Notes under the pieces: generated by a model | The model's database searches: none | What the model was told of the DNA's origin: nothing | The model's input: the letters and a program-made list of their open reading frames with translations, nothing else | Source of the DNA: an uncultured bacterium | Lineage (GTDB): Bacteria; Bacillota_I; Bacilli_A; RF39; UBA660 | Length of the DNA: 64,000 nucleotides | Assembly: GCA_949292245.1 (NCBI GenBank) | Contig: CASEYV010000001.1 | Location: 52,433-116,432 of the forward strand | Reading direction: 5' to 3' | Part shown: piece after piece, positions 37,208 through 47,354 of the stretch | Numbering within the stretch: position 1 is the stretch's first letter | Layout of the letters: each line of letters starts with the position of its first letter | Made by a program: the position numbers and the translations under genes

Positions 37208-37671
37208 TAATTATCTCCATATTTATATAATACACATTTTATTGGAGATTTTGCAAAAATATCTTCAATAATTTTATATACAATATTCCAATCACCACCA
37301 GCTAATCCACAACCTATTTTATAAGGTATAGCCACCGATAAATTATTATATTCGGCATATTCTTTTACTTGATTTAATGATAATTTTAATGATTCATAAT
37401 CCGTTTGTAAACCAGTTCCATATGATAATTGACCAAAACAATTCATAACATATTTTGAATTATCAACATTTACAATTTGAGTATAACCCATTAAACTATT
37501 TGGAAATTTTTTATATAAATCACATAATATTTTATATTTGTCAAAAATTACAGGATATTTTTTTCTTAATTGTAGAGCTAAACCAGCTCCCATTACTCCT
37601 AAACAATTTGTTTGATGGACAATTATATTTTCCGAACAATTTAATATATTACCATTTATAATATCAATCAT
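37207..37671 (-). CDS. macro domain protein (ADP-ribose binding / processing)
   Basis: NIIVHQTNCLGVMGAGLALQL aligns with YmdB VIVNAANPSLMGGGGVDGAI. LSVAIPYKIGCGLAGGDW aligns with TSVAFPAISTGVYGYP. Confidence 0.75.
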   Translation of the reverse strand: MIDIINGNILNCSENIIVHQTNCLGVMGAGLALQLRKKYPVIFDKYKILCDLYKKFPNSLMGYTQIVNVDNSKYVMNCFGQLSYGTGLQTDYESLKLSLNQVKEYAEYNNLSVAIPYKIGCGLAGGDWNIVYKIIEDIFAKSPIKCVLYKYGDN

Positions 37672-37694
37672 ATTAACCCCACAATTTTAATATT

Positions 37695-38684
37695 TTATGC
37701 TTCTGAACTTTTTTCTGCTTCTTTTAATTTCTCCAAGTCACTTACTTTAATATATTTTTCTGGAATTGAAGCAATAAATTGATTTACATTATTTGCCATA
37801 GCATACGCATTTTCTGTATATGGATTTCCTTTTTGAATTTGTGCTATATTTTCAAAATCTACTTTCATTGCTTTTAATATATCCTCTGTTCCAATATGTA
37901 GCCAATTTAATCCCATTGTTGACATAGTTTCTAAATAAGTTTGATATGTTTCATCTATTTGTTTAATAGTGTCCAATGTATCTTCAATTATTTTAGAATC
38001 TTCTAATATTTTTTGTGCTTGTTCTTTTGTTTTATTAACCGCTTCAATATTATCATCAACAACTTTTTTAATTTCTTCATCCGGAATAACAATTTCAGCC
38101 ATTTTTTTATTAGTTAAATCTATGTTTGGTGTTGTTTCACCTTCAAATTTTGATTTCAATTCATCTAAATTTATTTCTTTAACAGCTAAATAATATGCTT
38201 CAACCATATTAAATGGATTCATAATAGTTGCATAAACCATACCAGCTAAAGCCCCAATTAATTGGAAAGCTGTTGTGAATATATCTTTAACAGCACTCAA
38301 ACCAACTATACTTAATGGTGTTGTTATACTTTCTAAAATTGACCCAACTGATTGAGCAGCATCTAATGCTCCTTTTATAGAGTCTAGCATTTGTTGAAAT
38401 GGTATAGGACTACTTAAATTCATTTCTCCACCAGTTAACGGTGATAATTTACTAATCATAGGACCTAATTTATTAAACATAGTCACCATTTCATTTTGAG
38501 CGTTTAACCATTCATTATATGCCATACTTTGCAATGATGGATTATATCTAACCCAATTTGTTTGTTCTTCTTTAGATAATTGTTGATATTCTTCACCAGT
38601 AATTAATTTAATATTTTCAATATTATCAGTTACTAATTCACCACCTAAATCTTTTATTTGTTCATCTTTACCATTAACACTCAT
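37695..38684 (-). CDS. hypothetical protein, possibly virion/baseplate-associated
   Basis: 329-aa ORF directly upstream of the spike gene; assignment is from context only. Confidence 0.3.
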   Translation of the reverse strand: MSVNGKDEQIKDLGGELVTDNIENIKLITGEEYQQLSKEEQTNWVRYNPSLQSMAYNEWLNAQNEMVTMFNKLGPMISKLSPLTGGEMNLSSPIPFQQMLDSIKGALDAAQSVGSILESITTPLSIVGLSAVKDIFTTAFQLIGALAGMVYATIMNPFNMVEAYYLAVKEINLDELKSKFEGETTPNIDLTNKKMAEIVIPDEEIKKVVDDNIEAVNKTKEQAQKILEDSKIIEDTLDTIKQIDETYQTYLETMSTMGLNWLHIGTEDILKAMKVDFENIAQIQKGNPYTENAYAMANNVNQFIASIPEKYIKVSDLEKLKEAEKSSEA

Positions 38685-38693
38685 TTTAAACCT

Positions 38694-40664
38694 TTATTTA
38701 AATAATCCAGATTTTGTTCCATATCTATTAATAGTTAAGCATTGATTTCTTAATGAACCATCCTTATATGAAACATGAACCCAACCACTATTAGGGTCAG
38801 AAGCTAAATTATCAGCATATTCTAAAATTAATTGGTCAAATTGTAAATTTTCTTTTATCCACAATGCTAAATCGTAATTATTTACACCAGCTATTTCAAT
38901 ATCAGCAGCTTCGCCTTTACAGTGTTGAGAAGAAGTAGCACCGCCAATTATAGCGTTTAAAGTTCTACCTCTATATCCACTATTAACTATAACACGTTTA
39001 TTATAATTTGTCCATATTGGTTCTAAAATATTTTCAGCCAACGCTCTTAATTTTGCAATTTCATCGTCTAATGGAACATTAGATATACCGTTTCTATAAG
39101 CCGTATCGGAATAACATAAATCAGCCAACGTAAAGTGTTCCGATAATTGCATTTGAGGTATAGTTGTATCTTTAGATACATCTGGTGGTATAGGTGTTAT
39201 AGGAGCAATTTGATTAGAAACATAATTAGAAGATGATGATATAACCTCATAATTATAAGGTACAGGATTAATATTCAAAATTGGAAATGTTTCATTTCTA
39301 TCATGAACTGCATATGGTTCATGCGAAGGCATAGAACTAACAATAGTATTTTCATTTTTACCTATAATTGTAGGTATAGATTTAACTTCTTCTATATTTG
39401 GTGATACAACATTAGCAGGCGGAACATCAGGTATAGGTTGTGCAACTGGAATAATTCCAGAATTTGTTGCATAATAAGCTGTTCCTTGTAAAGTTCCAGA
39501 AAAAACACCATTCATATTTGCAGAAGCGGAAGTCAATGTCTCAATATTACCAGTTTTGATTGCAATTTCAGGAGCTGAAATAATACTATTTGTTACTATT
39601 CTTGGTGCATCAATATTTATATTACCACTACTTTCAATAGAAAAATCTCCACTTGTTTTTAATACAAATCCTTCATCAGCTTCCATTCTAATTTTTTTCT
39701 TAGAACGTAAATTTATATCACCGTCACAAGCTATATCAGCACTTGTTTTCGCATAACCGTGAATTCTTCCGTCATCAGATATTTCAAACCAAGCTGAACC
39801 ATCTCTATTAATAGCATATATATTACCATCATCAGATATCAATAATTGTGTTCCATTTCGTGTTCTTAATCTAAAACCAGCATTATATCTTTTTTCATCA
39901 ACTCTTTGAGATGGCATTAAACCATCAGAACCTCTTAATTCTGTATTAGTACTGCCCATATTCCAATTTTGTTTATTATCTTCCTCTGACCAACCATCAT
40001 CAATAGTAAAAGAATTTCCTAATGGTGTTAAAAATCCATAACACATACTTGGAGATTCACGCTTAGAACCAGCAGTGGATGGTCCTCTTAATTTATCGTC
40101 TTTTAAACCTTGTTCAGATAATGAATTTTTTAATGGTATATATTCGCATCTTCCTTCTTCTTTTTTTATTAAAGGAGTTCCACGATTAATATATGTTGAT
40201 TGTTCTACTTTATCATTAAGCTCACATAATGGAGTTTTTTCATCATTAAAAAATTGACTTGGTATTCCAGGAACCATTGAATTAATTGAACTATTAATTG
40301 GACAAGAAAACCAAAATGGTGTAATATTTTCACCAGTAATATTTGGATAAAATATAAAAACTTTATTTCCAACAAATGGCATTGGAAACCATATACCAAA
40401 AGATTTTGGAGATGTCATATAATTATTAATTTCAGAAATAGAATAAGGAGATGTTCCAAAAAATGGGGAAGCATAAGAAGCAGTAATCCATCTTTTTTGG
40501 TCATCTCTTGGAATATCAGAGCCCATTATCCATACTTTTATTTCACCAGCTCTTGTAACATTTCTAGTGTCCATAACTTCTGCCATATAAATACGACCAG
40601 GGTCTAATGTTCTATTTCTTGAGCTAAATTCAGCATTTGTAAAATTATTATCTAAACGTGGCAT
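38694..40664 (-). CDS. baseplate central spike protein (gp5/gpV-like OB domain plus beta-helix) with a C-terminal peptidase M15 (VanY-like) cell-wall hydrolase domain
   Basis: N-terminal AEVMDTRNVTRAGEIKVWIMG...RWITASYASPF (Phage_base_V-like). The middle has repetitive beta-strand motifs. The C-terminus has VIVNSGYRGRTLN...SQHCKGEAADIEI (M15 SxHxxGxAxD). Confidence 0.7.
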   Translation of the reverse strand: MPRLDNNFTNAEFSSRNRTLDPGRIYMAEVMDTRNVTRAGEIKVWIMGSDIPRDDQKRWITASYASPFFGTSPYSISEINNYMTSPKSFGIWFPMPFVGNKVFIFYPNITGENITPFWFSCPINSSINSMVPGIPSQFFNDEKTPLCELNDKVEQSTYINRGTPLIKKEEGRCEYIPLKNSLSEQGLKDDKLRGPSTAGSKRESPSMCYGFLTPLGNSFTIDDGWSEEDNKQNWNMGSTNTELRGSDGLMPSQRVDEKRYNAGFRLRTRNGTQLLISDDGNIYAINRDGSAWFEISDDGRIHGYAKTSADIACDGDINLRSKKKIRMEADEGFVLKTSGDFSIESSGNINIDAPRIVTNSIISAPEIAIKTGNIETLTSASANMNGVFSGTLQGTAYYATNSGIIPVAQPIPDVPPANVVSPNIEEVKSIPTIIGKNENTIVSSMPSHEPYAVHDRNETFPILNINPVPYNYEVISSSSNYVSNQIAPITPIPPDVSKDTTIPQMQLSEHFTLADLCYSDTAYRNGISNVPLDDEIAKLRALAENILEPIWTNYNKRVIVNSGYRGRTLNAIIGGATSSQHCKGEAADIEIAGVNNYDLALWIKENLQFDQLILEYADNLASDPNSGWVHVSYKDGSLRNQCLTINRYGTKSGLFK

Positions 40665-40666
40665 TC

Positions 40667-42718
40667 TTAAACCTTTAATCTTGCGGTGTTAATAAATGCT
40701 TGATTTAAAACACCAGTTAATTCTTGTATAAATTTTCCTTCTTCAAAATAAGATACCGATTCAACAATTTGATATATTGAAGAAAAATCCGTAACACTTT
40801 CTAAATCATAAGTACCATCTAATTTTTGGTCTAATGCAGTATTCATTTTAAATGAAAAATGTTGAAAATCACTATATCCTATTGAATTATTAGGTTCATA
40901 TAATGAGTTATCAGATGATACACCTAACCAAAATGGGTCTCCTAAAATTTTTATTTTTAATTCAACTAAATTTCCAGCTTGATGAATATTATTATATCCA
41001 ACCTTAGCAACCTGTGAATCAAATTGAATATTTGATGTATCAGTTAACGGATTACTTTTTGAAAATGGGTCTGGTTTTTCCAATACATTTCTACCAGAAA
41101 GATATTTTTCTTTTGTATTATCTTCAATACAATAATATATATCATCTAAATATAATCTTCCATCCGCTGTTAAATTTCTTATGCCATCTAATGGTTTATT
41201 TGTAAAATTAATAACATAATTCAATTTTTCTTTATATAAAGTTTCTTGACGTATTGTTTCAGCATATTTAATTGCTATATTTGTATTATCTGTTTTAGCA
41301 TCATTATTAAAAGAGTTTTGGTTTATTTCTAAAACATCATTTATTGGAATATTAGAATACCATAATTTATCAATACTTGAATTCATTTCAATTATTGAAG
41401 TATCATGACCATTAAATAACCATTCATATTTTTTTCTTAATGTATTTTTAGAATATAAATTTTGTAATTCTTTTAATTGCATATTTTGAATATTTTGTTC
41501 TTTATTTTGATTATTTTCTTTATAATTCATCATAAAAGTTTCTAAATAATTATTTTTATTAAATACTATATCTATATGTATTCTTTGAACTTCTTGACCA
41601 TTAATATTACCCAAATATTCAGTTTTATACACGGGTCTGGCTGTATAATTTCTTAATTCAATCGTATTAAAACATAATATTTGAAATATTTCATCAAATG
41701 ATGAATTATTATCTGGTCTTATCATACCTACATTATTATCATCTGTATTTTGAGGACTACTTTTAATATCTACCTTAACATCTTCAATATTTAATCCACC
41801 AGAAATTTTTTTTGGATTTTGTTGATAAGTAATTTCTGTTTGTGTTCTAATTTTTCTTTCATTTTCATCTATTGGAGTATAAGGATATTTCGGAACAATT
41901 ATATCAGGATTTTGTTTATTATGTTCTTCAATAAGTTTATGTGCGTATGATGTTGTATCTCCATTTAACAAGTTATCTATTTTAATAAAATCACGATTTG
42001 GAAACATAGATATTAATGCTGGATTTTCTTTAAAAAATTTATCATTCATTAATCTTTCAATTTCTTCTTTAAATCCTTTCATAGTTCCAGATTTAGATTC
42101 AATCATACCCATATTAAATAATGAATTTATATTTTTATTAAATGAAGATTGTGGAACAGGTGACATAATAAAATTATACATTGTTCCAGAAACATCAACA
42201 TTTGTTTTAACTTCTGAAATTAATACTTCATAGGTTAAAACTGTGTCTCCAATTATTTTAATAGGTTTACCAGAACTTTGTTCAAATCCAGAGAACCATA
42301 TATCAACATGAAATGGTTGTAAAATATAACTTTCATATCCAACTAATTTAGATACAGCCGTAATTTTATTAATTAATGAACAACCATTAATTTCTTTAAT
42401 TTTCATATCCATTTGATATGTAGTTGCTGATGAACTATTAGATACAGATGAATGAACAGTTTTTAATATTAACGATGTAATATCATAATTTGTTGATACA
42501 CCTGTTTCTGCTATTATTATTTTACTTGAATCTGGTAAACGATAATTATTTGGTATAATGCCTTTAGCTCTATCTTGTGATAATTTATTTTGATACAAAT
42601 GATTAATCATATAAAATCTAATATTATATGTTACATTATCGTAATATTCCAAAATATTTGGTTCATAATTTATTTTTTTTAACCATTTATTAATTTCATT
42701 AGTATTAAGATTAATCAT
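40667..42718 (-). CDS. large baseplate-region structural protein (hub or wedge candidate)
   Basis: 683-aa ORF adjacent to the spike; assignment is from context only. Confidence 0.3.
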   Translation of the reverse strand: MINLNTNEINKWLKKINYEPNILEYYDNVTYNIRFYMINHLYQNKLSQDRAKGIIPNNYRLPDSSKIIIAETGVSTNYDITSLILKTVHSSVSNSSSATTYQMDMKIKEINGCSLINKITAVSKLVGYESYILQPFHVDIWFSGFEQSSGKPIKIIGDTVLTYEVLISEVKTNVDVSGTMYNFIMSPVPQSSFNKNINSLFNMGMIESKSGTMKGFKEEIERLMNDKFFKENPALISMFPNRDFIKIDNLLNGDTTSYAHKLIEEHNKQNPDIIVPKYPYTPIDENERKIRTQTEITYQQNPKKISGGLNIEDVKVDIKSSPQNTDDNNVGMIRPDNNSSFDEIFQILCFNTIELRNYTARPVYKTEYLGNINGQEVQRIHIDIVFNKNNYLETFMMNYKENNQNKEQNIQNMQLKELQNLYSKNTLRKKYEWLFNGHDTSIIEMNSSIDKLWYSNIPINDVLEINQNSFNNDAKTDNTNIAIKYAETIRQETLYKEKLNYVINFTNKPLDGIRNLTADGRLYLDDIYYCIEDNTKEKYLSGRNVLEKPDPFSKSNPLTDTSNIQFDSQVAKVGYNNIHQAGNLVELKIKILGDPFWLGVSSDNSLYEPNNSIGYSDFQHFSFKMNTALDQKLDGTYDLESVTDFSSIYQIVESVSYFEEGKFIQELTGVLNQAFINTARLKV

Positions 42719-42727
42719 ATATTTCCT

Positions 42728-43021
42728 TTAAAAATAACTTAATAATCTTTCTTTTGTTGGTAATCTTAAAACCATACCTTCTTTTAAATCAAAAATTATA
42801 TCTGAAATTTGATTTCGATTAAAATAAGCTAAAACCCAAGAAAGACGAGGACTACCATATAATGCTTTAGCTAAATTACCTGGTTTATTATTATATTCGC
42901 TTGTAACAATTAAAAAAATATCACTATCATCATATCCTATATCAATAGGATTATAATAATCTCGATAGTAATTATCAGATTTAGTATTACTATATAAACT
43001 ATACTTATTAAATGAAACCAT
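42728..43021 (-). CDS. hypothetical protein
   Basis: 97-aa ORF. Confidence 0.3.
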   Translation of the reverse strand: MVSFNKYSLYSNTKSDNYYRDYYNPIDIGYDDSDIFLIVTSEYNNKPGNLAKALYGSPRLSWVLAYFNRNQISDIIFDLKEGMVLRLPTKERLLSYF

Positions 43022-43030
43022 GCTATATCC

Positions 43031-44557
43031 TTACCATGTAAATCCAGATTTATCAAATTTATATTTTTTAGATGTTAAATTTTTTGAATCTATACCAGCA
43101 TTTACTTTATCTACAACATCTTGTGAAATAAATACAGAAGATTTTCTATTCATAATTTCTTTAACTTTTTTATATGATGTGTCTGACATATTACCCAAAC
43201 CTTCCGCCATAGTATCAGACCCAGCCATTCCAAGTGTATTAACACTTAAATATGAACCAAAAGCTAATTGAGCAGCACCTTTTGTTTTATCCCACCACGA
43301 ATTTTCAACTGACCTCATCATATCAACTTCATAATAATTATTCATACTAAGGTCAATACCAGCAGGCTGTGGTTGATTTGTACAATCTATAACAGTTTCG
43401 GAACCATCAGATGACATAATATTAACACTTGGTTTTCCTTTATATAAATCAATATTATAGATTCCCATTTTATAATAATTTAAATCAAATTGTTTTTTAT
43501 TTTTTAACATATTTGGTTGAACTTCCAACTGAATAGTAAAAATCATTTCTGTTGGCAACCAATTATTAAAATACCAAGCATTATATCTATTAGAAACCAT
43601 AGATGTTGCTTCACTTTGTAATTCTTTTATTGAATTAGCTATACCATTAAGATATTTCATACCCTCTGAACCAGAAGCATTACCATCATAATTATCAATA
43701 AAATTACCATTAACATCTGAATATAATTTTCTATCAGAATATGCTAATGCACTAGAGTCTAAATTTATTCCTAATGAAACATAATCTTTATCTTTTGGTA
43801 ATGAATAAGAAAATGATTTAACCACAACCGGAATATTATCCATAATTTGATTATAACCGTTTAAATACAAAATTGGTGGTGGCATACCAGCAACATTATT
43901 AGAATTAGCCACATTTCCTCTTTCGCCAAAATCGCATTTAGTTACTGCTCTTAAAAACCATAATGCTGATAACATATGTAAAGCATTCTCTCTTGTATCA
44001 GCCGTAAAAGTTGCTTCTATTTGATATGTTGGAGGAGGAGTATTTTTATAATGTAGTAATCTTAAATTTGAATGTGTTATATCTGTCGAATCATAATTAA
44101 CTGAATGTGATACAGATATATTTGGTGTATAAGGAAATATCAATCCACATGATTTAGATAAACAACTATATAAAAATCCATAAACAGTTTGACCACTTGG
44201 CAATGCCGTTCTTCTTAAACCTAATACATATTGAACTCTTTGAGCAAACGATTCTGTACTTCCTAACGGAGAAACATTCAACGATACTCTTTTATCAGTT
44301 CTGGTTTTTTGAAAAGTATATTGATATGGTTTAGACACTCTTTTTGTAGTAGATTTAGATTTAGATTTACTAGAAGAATATGATGTTTTATTAGGTGATA
44401 TTATATCACTTAATTTAATTGGTTCTGTAGGTTTGCACATAGGATTTGAACTAATTTCATATCTTTGAGTAATAGTATCTGGGCTTGAACCTATATAATT
44501 TCCAAGATAATCACTTTTTTTATAATTAGATGTTTTTGTTACATAATTATCTGCCAT
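43031..44557 (-). CDS. virion structural protein candidate
   Basis: 508-aa ORF in the structural block, preceded by a TATAAATA motif. Confidence 0.35.
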   Translation of the reverse strand: MADNYVTKTSNYKKSDYLGNYIGSSPDTITQRYEISSNPMCKPTEPIKLSDIISPNKTSYSSSKSKSKSTTKRVSKPYQYTFQKTRTDKRVSLNVSPLGSTESFAQRVQYVLGLRRTALPSGQTVYGFLYSCLSKSCGLIFPYTPNISVSHSVNYDSTDITHSNLRLLHYKNTPPPTYQIEATFTADTRENALHMLSALWFLRAVTKCDFGERGNVANSNNVAGMPPPILYLNGYNQIMDNIPVVVKSFSYSLPKDKDYVSLGINLDSSALAYSDRKLYSDVNGNFIDNYDGNASGSEGMKYLNGIANSIKELQSEATSMVSNRYNAWYFNNWLPTEMIFTIQLEVQPNMLKNKKQFDLNYYKMGIYNIDLYKGKPSVNIMSSDGSETVIDCTNQPQPAGIDLSMNNYYEVDMMRSVENSWWDKTKGAAQLAFGSYLSVNTLGMAGSDTMAEGLGNMSDTSYKKVKEIMNRKSSVFISQDVVDKVNAGIDSKNLTSKKYKFDKSGFTW

Positions 44558-44561
44558 AAAA

Positions 44562-44597
44562 AATCCTTATAAATCTATAATTGTATTTATAAGGATT
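44562..44597 (-). promoter_or_regulatory. 13-bp inverted repeat (aatccttataaat/atttataaggatt) embedding a TATAAATA late-promoter-like motif (minus strand, 44584-44591), about 27 nt upstream of the ATG at 44557
   Basis: Direct reading. It could act as a terminator for 44611-45114 and/or a T4-type late promoter. Confidence 0.35.
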
Positions 44598-44610
44598 TTT
44601 TATATATTTT

Positions 44611-45114
44611 TTAAGAAATTTTTTTCGGTCTACCACGATTAGCAATTAATTTTATATTATTATCATTATCATATTTTACAGTGAATATTCTATTATTATA
44701 TTTTGGAGTAACATCATTAAGAAAAATAAATCTCTTTCCTTCTTTTAATTCAATACCATCAATACAACCTTCTTTTTTACCTATAACTTCATTAACAACA
44801 TCTGTTTCAATATCAATTTCTTCTATTTTATTATTTTCGGACATATCATACGCTTCTAAAATCTTTTCAACTGGCATATTTTCTATTTTAGATATTAAAG
44901 TATGGGGAATAAAAAATGGTTCTCTATTATTAGGAATAATTTCCTGAAAAATAATATCTATCATAATTTTTTTATTTTTTGTATCATTAATTATTTTATT
45001 AACAAAACAATTTTTATTTTTTATCGCTGGTATATTCACCATAATAATTGAATTATTACTTAAAATATTTCTTTCACATAATTTTTTTGCTTGTTCATAA
45101 GTCAATATAGTCAT
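44611..45114 (-). CDS. hypothetical protein
   Basis: 167-aa ORF. Confidence 0.35.
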   Translation of the reverse strand: MTILTYEQAKKLCERNILSNNSIIMVNIPAIKNKNCFVNKIINDTKNKKIMIDIIFQEIIPNNREPFFIPHTLISKIENMPVEKILEAYDMSENNKIEEIDIETDVVNEVIGKKEGCIDGIELKEGKRFIFLNDVTPKYNNRIFTVKYDNDNNIKLIANRGRPKKIS

Positions 45115-45119
45115 TATAA

Positions 45120-47354
45120 TTATTCCCCAAAATAAATTTTATTATCTTTTATTTTTAATAATATTTTTCCACCATTTTTATATTTTCCAAAAACAATATC
45201 TTTTGCTATCACATTTTTAATTTCATTAGTTATTATATGTTTCATAGGTCTAGCACCGTTATTGGAATTTTCAACCTTTTTAACGATATAATTTATTATA
45301 TCATCATTATATTCAAAATCAATCATTTTTTTTGACAAAATAGATTTTAATTCGTCCAAAAATTTTATGCAAATTGTTTTTAATACATCTGATGACAAAT
45401 TATTAAAAGTAATAGTTGAATCAATTCTATTTCTAAATTCAGGTAAAAATCTATCTTCATAATCTTGGTCAGATGGTGTATAATCATCATTACCAAAACC
45501 AATTCGTATTTTATGAGAATTATACGAACCGACATTTGATGTCATAATTAAATAAACATGCTCAAATGAAACTGATTTACCAGATGATGAAGTCAATTTA
45601 CCATTATCCATTACTTGTAATAAAACATTATGTATTTTAGAATTAGCTTTTTCAATTTCATCTAATAATAAAATACAAGATGGATGTTCATCAATAGCAT
45701 TAATTAATAAACCATTACCTGATTTACCATCTCCGAAACCTTTATATCCAGGAGGAGCACCTAGTAATTTAGACACACTATGTTCTTCCATATATTCAGA
45801 CATATCAAATCTAACCAATGGAATATTCAAAATTTTTGACAATACTTTACATATTTCTGTTTTACCGACACCAGAAGAACCTTTAAACATCAAAGATATA
45901 GCCGTTTTATTTGTTTCTCTTAATCCAGATTTAGAAATAATAACAGCTTCACTGACTTTTTTTACAGCTTCATCTTGTCCAATAATTTCTTTTTTTATAG
46001 TATTTTCTAAATTTTTATAAATTTCTTCTTCTGATAAAGAAATATTATTTAAAGGTATGCCTAATAATATAGACAATACTTTATAAATCATATCTTCTGA
46101 TATTTCTTTTTCATTGTGATATGTAGCATAAGCTCCGACTGTATCTAAAATATCAATCGCTTTTTCAGGAAAAAACTTATTATAAAAATATCTATTACAA
46201 TAATCCATTATTAAATCAATTATTTTTTCTGAAAAAGTAACATTAAAATTATTTTCATATAATGATTTAATATTCATTATAATATTTTTAGTTTCATCAA
46301 ATGATGGTTCTTTAACAGTAAATTTAAAAAAGTTTTTTACAAAATTGTCATCTTTTTCAATAAACCTACGATAATCTTCATTAGTTGTAATGCCAATAAT
46401 TTTAATTTTACCATCACAAAGCATTGGCTTAAATAATGATGATAAATCATTTTGACTTGAATAATCACCATTTCCACACATAAAATGTATGTCATCAATA
46501 ATTAAAACTACATTTTCTTTTTTATTTAAAATATTATGTAATGTTTTTACTCTATTTTCAATTTCACCTTTAACCATAATATTTGCAGTAAAAGATAAAT
46601 TATCTAATAATAGAAATTCTTTATCAGTATATTTTTCACTGTAAATTTTTGCCAAGCCTTCTACTAACTTAGATTTACCAACACCATGATTACCAACAAG
46701 TATAATATTTGGTTTATCATGTCTTAATAAAATATATTGTAACAACTCTAATTCATCATCACGACCAATTAAAGGTTGCCATTCTTTCCCCTTTACTTTT
46801 TCAGTTAAATTAATTGTATATTGTGATAAAAATAATTGTTCTTTTTTATTTGAAGAACCATCTAATGTTTCATTTATAATTTCTGATACACGATTAGACA
46901 TATTAGATGAATAAGATTGATAAATTTTTGTCAAAAATAATGGACTAACATTATTTGACAATAATATTTTTTGAGAAAAAGTTTCTTCCATAAACAAAAA
47001 AGATGCAATGACATTTGTTATAAATAAAACATCTTTATTTATAACAACATCTTCATTACATTTATGACATAGATTGCAATATCCTAAAAATACCAAAACA
47101 TGTGGAGAAATTTCTATATTATCGCTTGAACTTTCTATATGTTCCATTAAAGGATAATTAGAAATAAAATCTTCTAATTCTTTTGTAATTTTTTTATAAT
47201 CAATTTTATATTTTTTAAATAACTTTAAAAAATGTTCGTCTTTCATAACGACATATAAAACATGTTCCAAATGAACATATTTTGAACTATAATTTTGGGC
47301 CACTTTTTTTGATTCATTAATAAGTTCTTGTAATCTTTCAACAAAATCAATCAT
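45120..47354 (-). CDS. ClpA-like AAA+ unfoldase (Clp_N domain, two AAA modules, IGF ClpP-docking loop)
   Basis: D1 Walker A LVGNHGVGKS and D2 Walker A FKGSSGVGKTE. The sensor is GARPMKHII. KIRIGFGNDD...FRNRID aligns with the ClpA IGL loop RKSIGLIHQDN...FRNRLD. Confidence 0.8.
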   Translation of the reverse strand: MIDFVERLQELINESKKVAQNYSSKYVHLEHVLYVVMKDEHFLKLFKKYKIDYKKITKELEDFISNYPLMEHIESSSDNIEISPHVLVFLGYCNLCHKCNEDVVINKDVLFITNVIASFLFMEETFSQKILLSNNVSPLFLTKIYQSYSSNMSNRVSEIINETLDGSSNKKEQLFLSQYTINLTEKVKGKEWQPLIGRDDELELLQYILLRHDKPNIILVGNHGVGKSKLVEGLAKIYSEKYTDKEFLLLDNLSFTANIMVKGEIENRVKTLHNILNKKENVVLIIDDIHFMCGNGDYSSQNDLSSLFKPMLCDGKIKIIGITTNEDYRRFIEKDDNFVKNFFKFTVKEPSFDETKNIIMNIKSLYENNFNVTFSEKIIDLIMDYCNRYFYNKFFPEKAIDILDTVGAYATYHNEKEISEDMIYKVLSILLGIPLNNISLSEEEIYKNLENTIKKEIIGQDEAVKKVSEAVIISKSGLRETNKTAISLMFKGSSGVGKTEICKVLSKILNIPLVRFDMSEYMEEHSVSKLLGAPPGYKGFGDGKSGNGLLINAIDEHPSCILLLDEIEKANSKIHNVLLQVMDNGKLTSSSGKSVSFEHVYLIMTSNVGSYNSHKIRIGFGNDDYTPSDQDYEDRFLPEFRNRIDSTITFNNLSSDVLKTICIKFLDELKSILSKKMIDFEYNDDIINYIVKKVENSNNGARPMKHIITNEIKNVIAKDIVFGKYKNGGKILLKIKDNKIYFGE

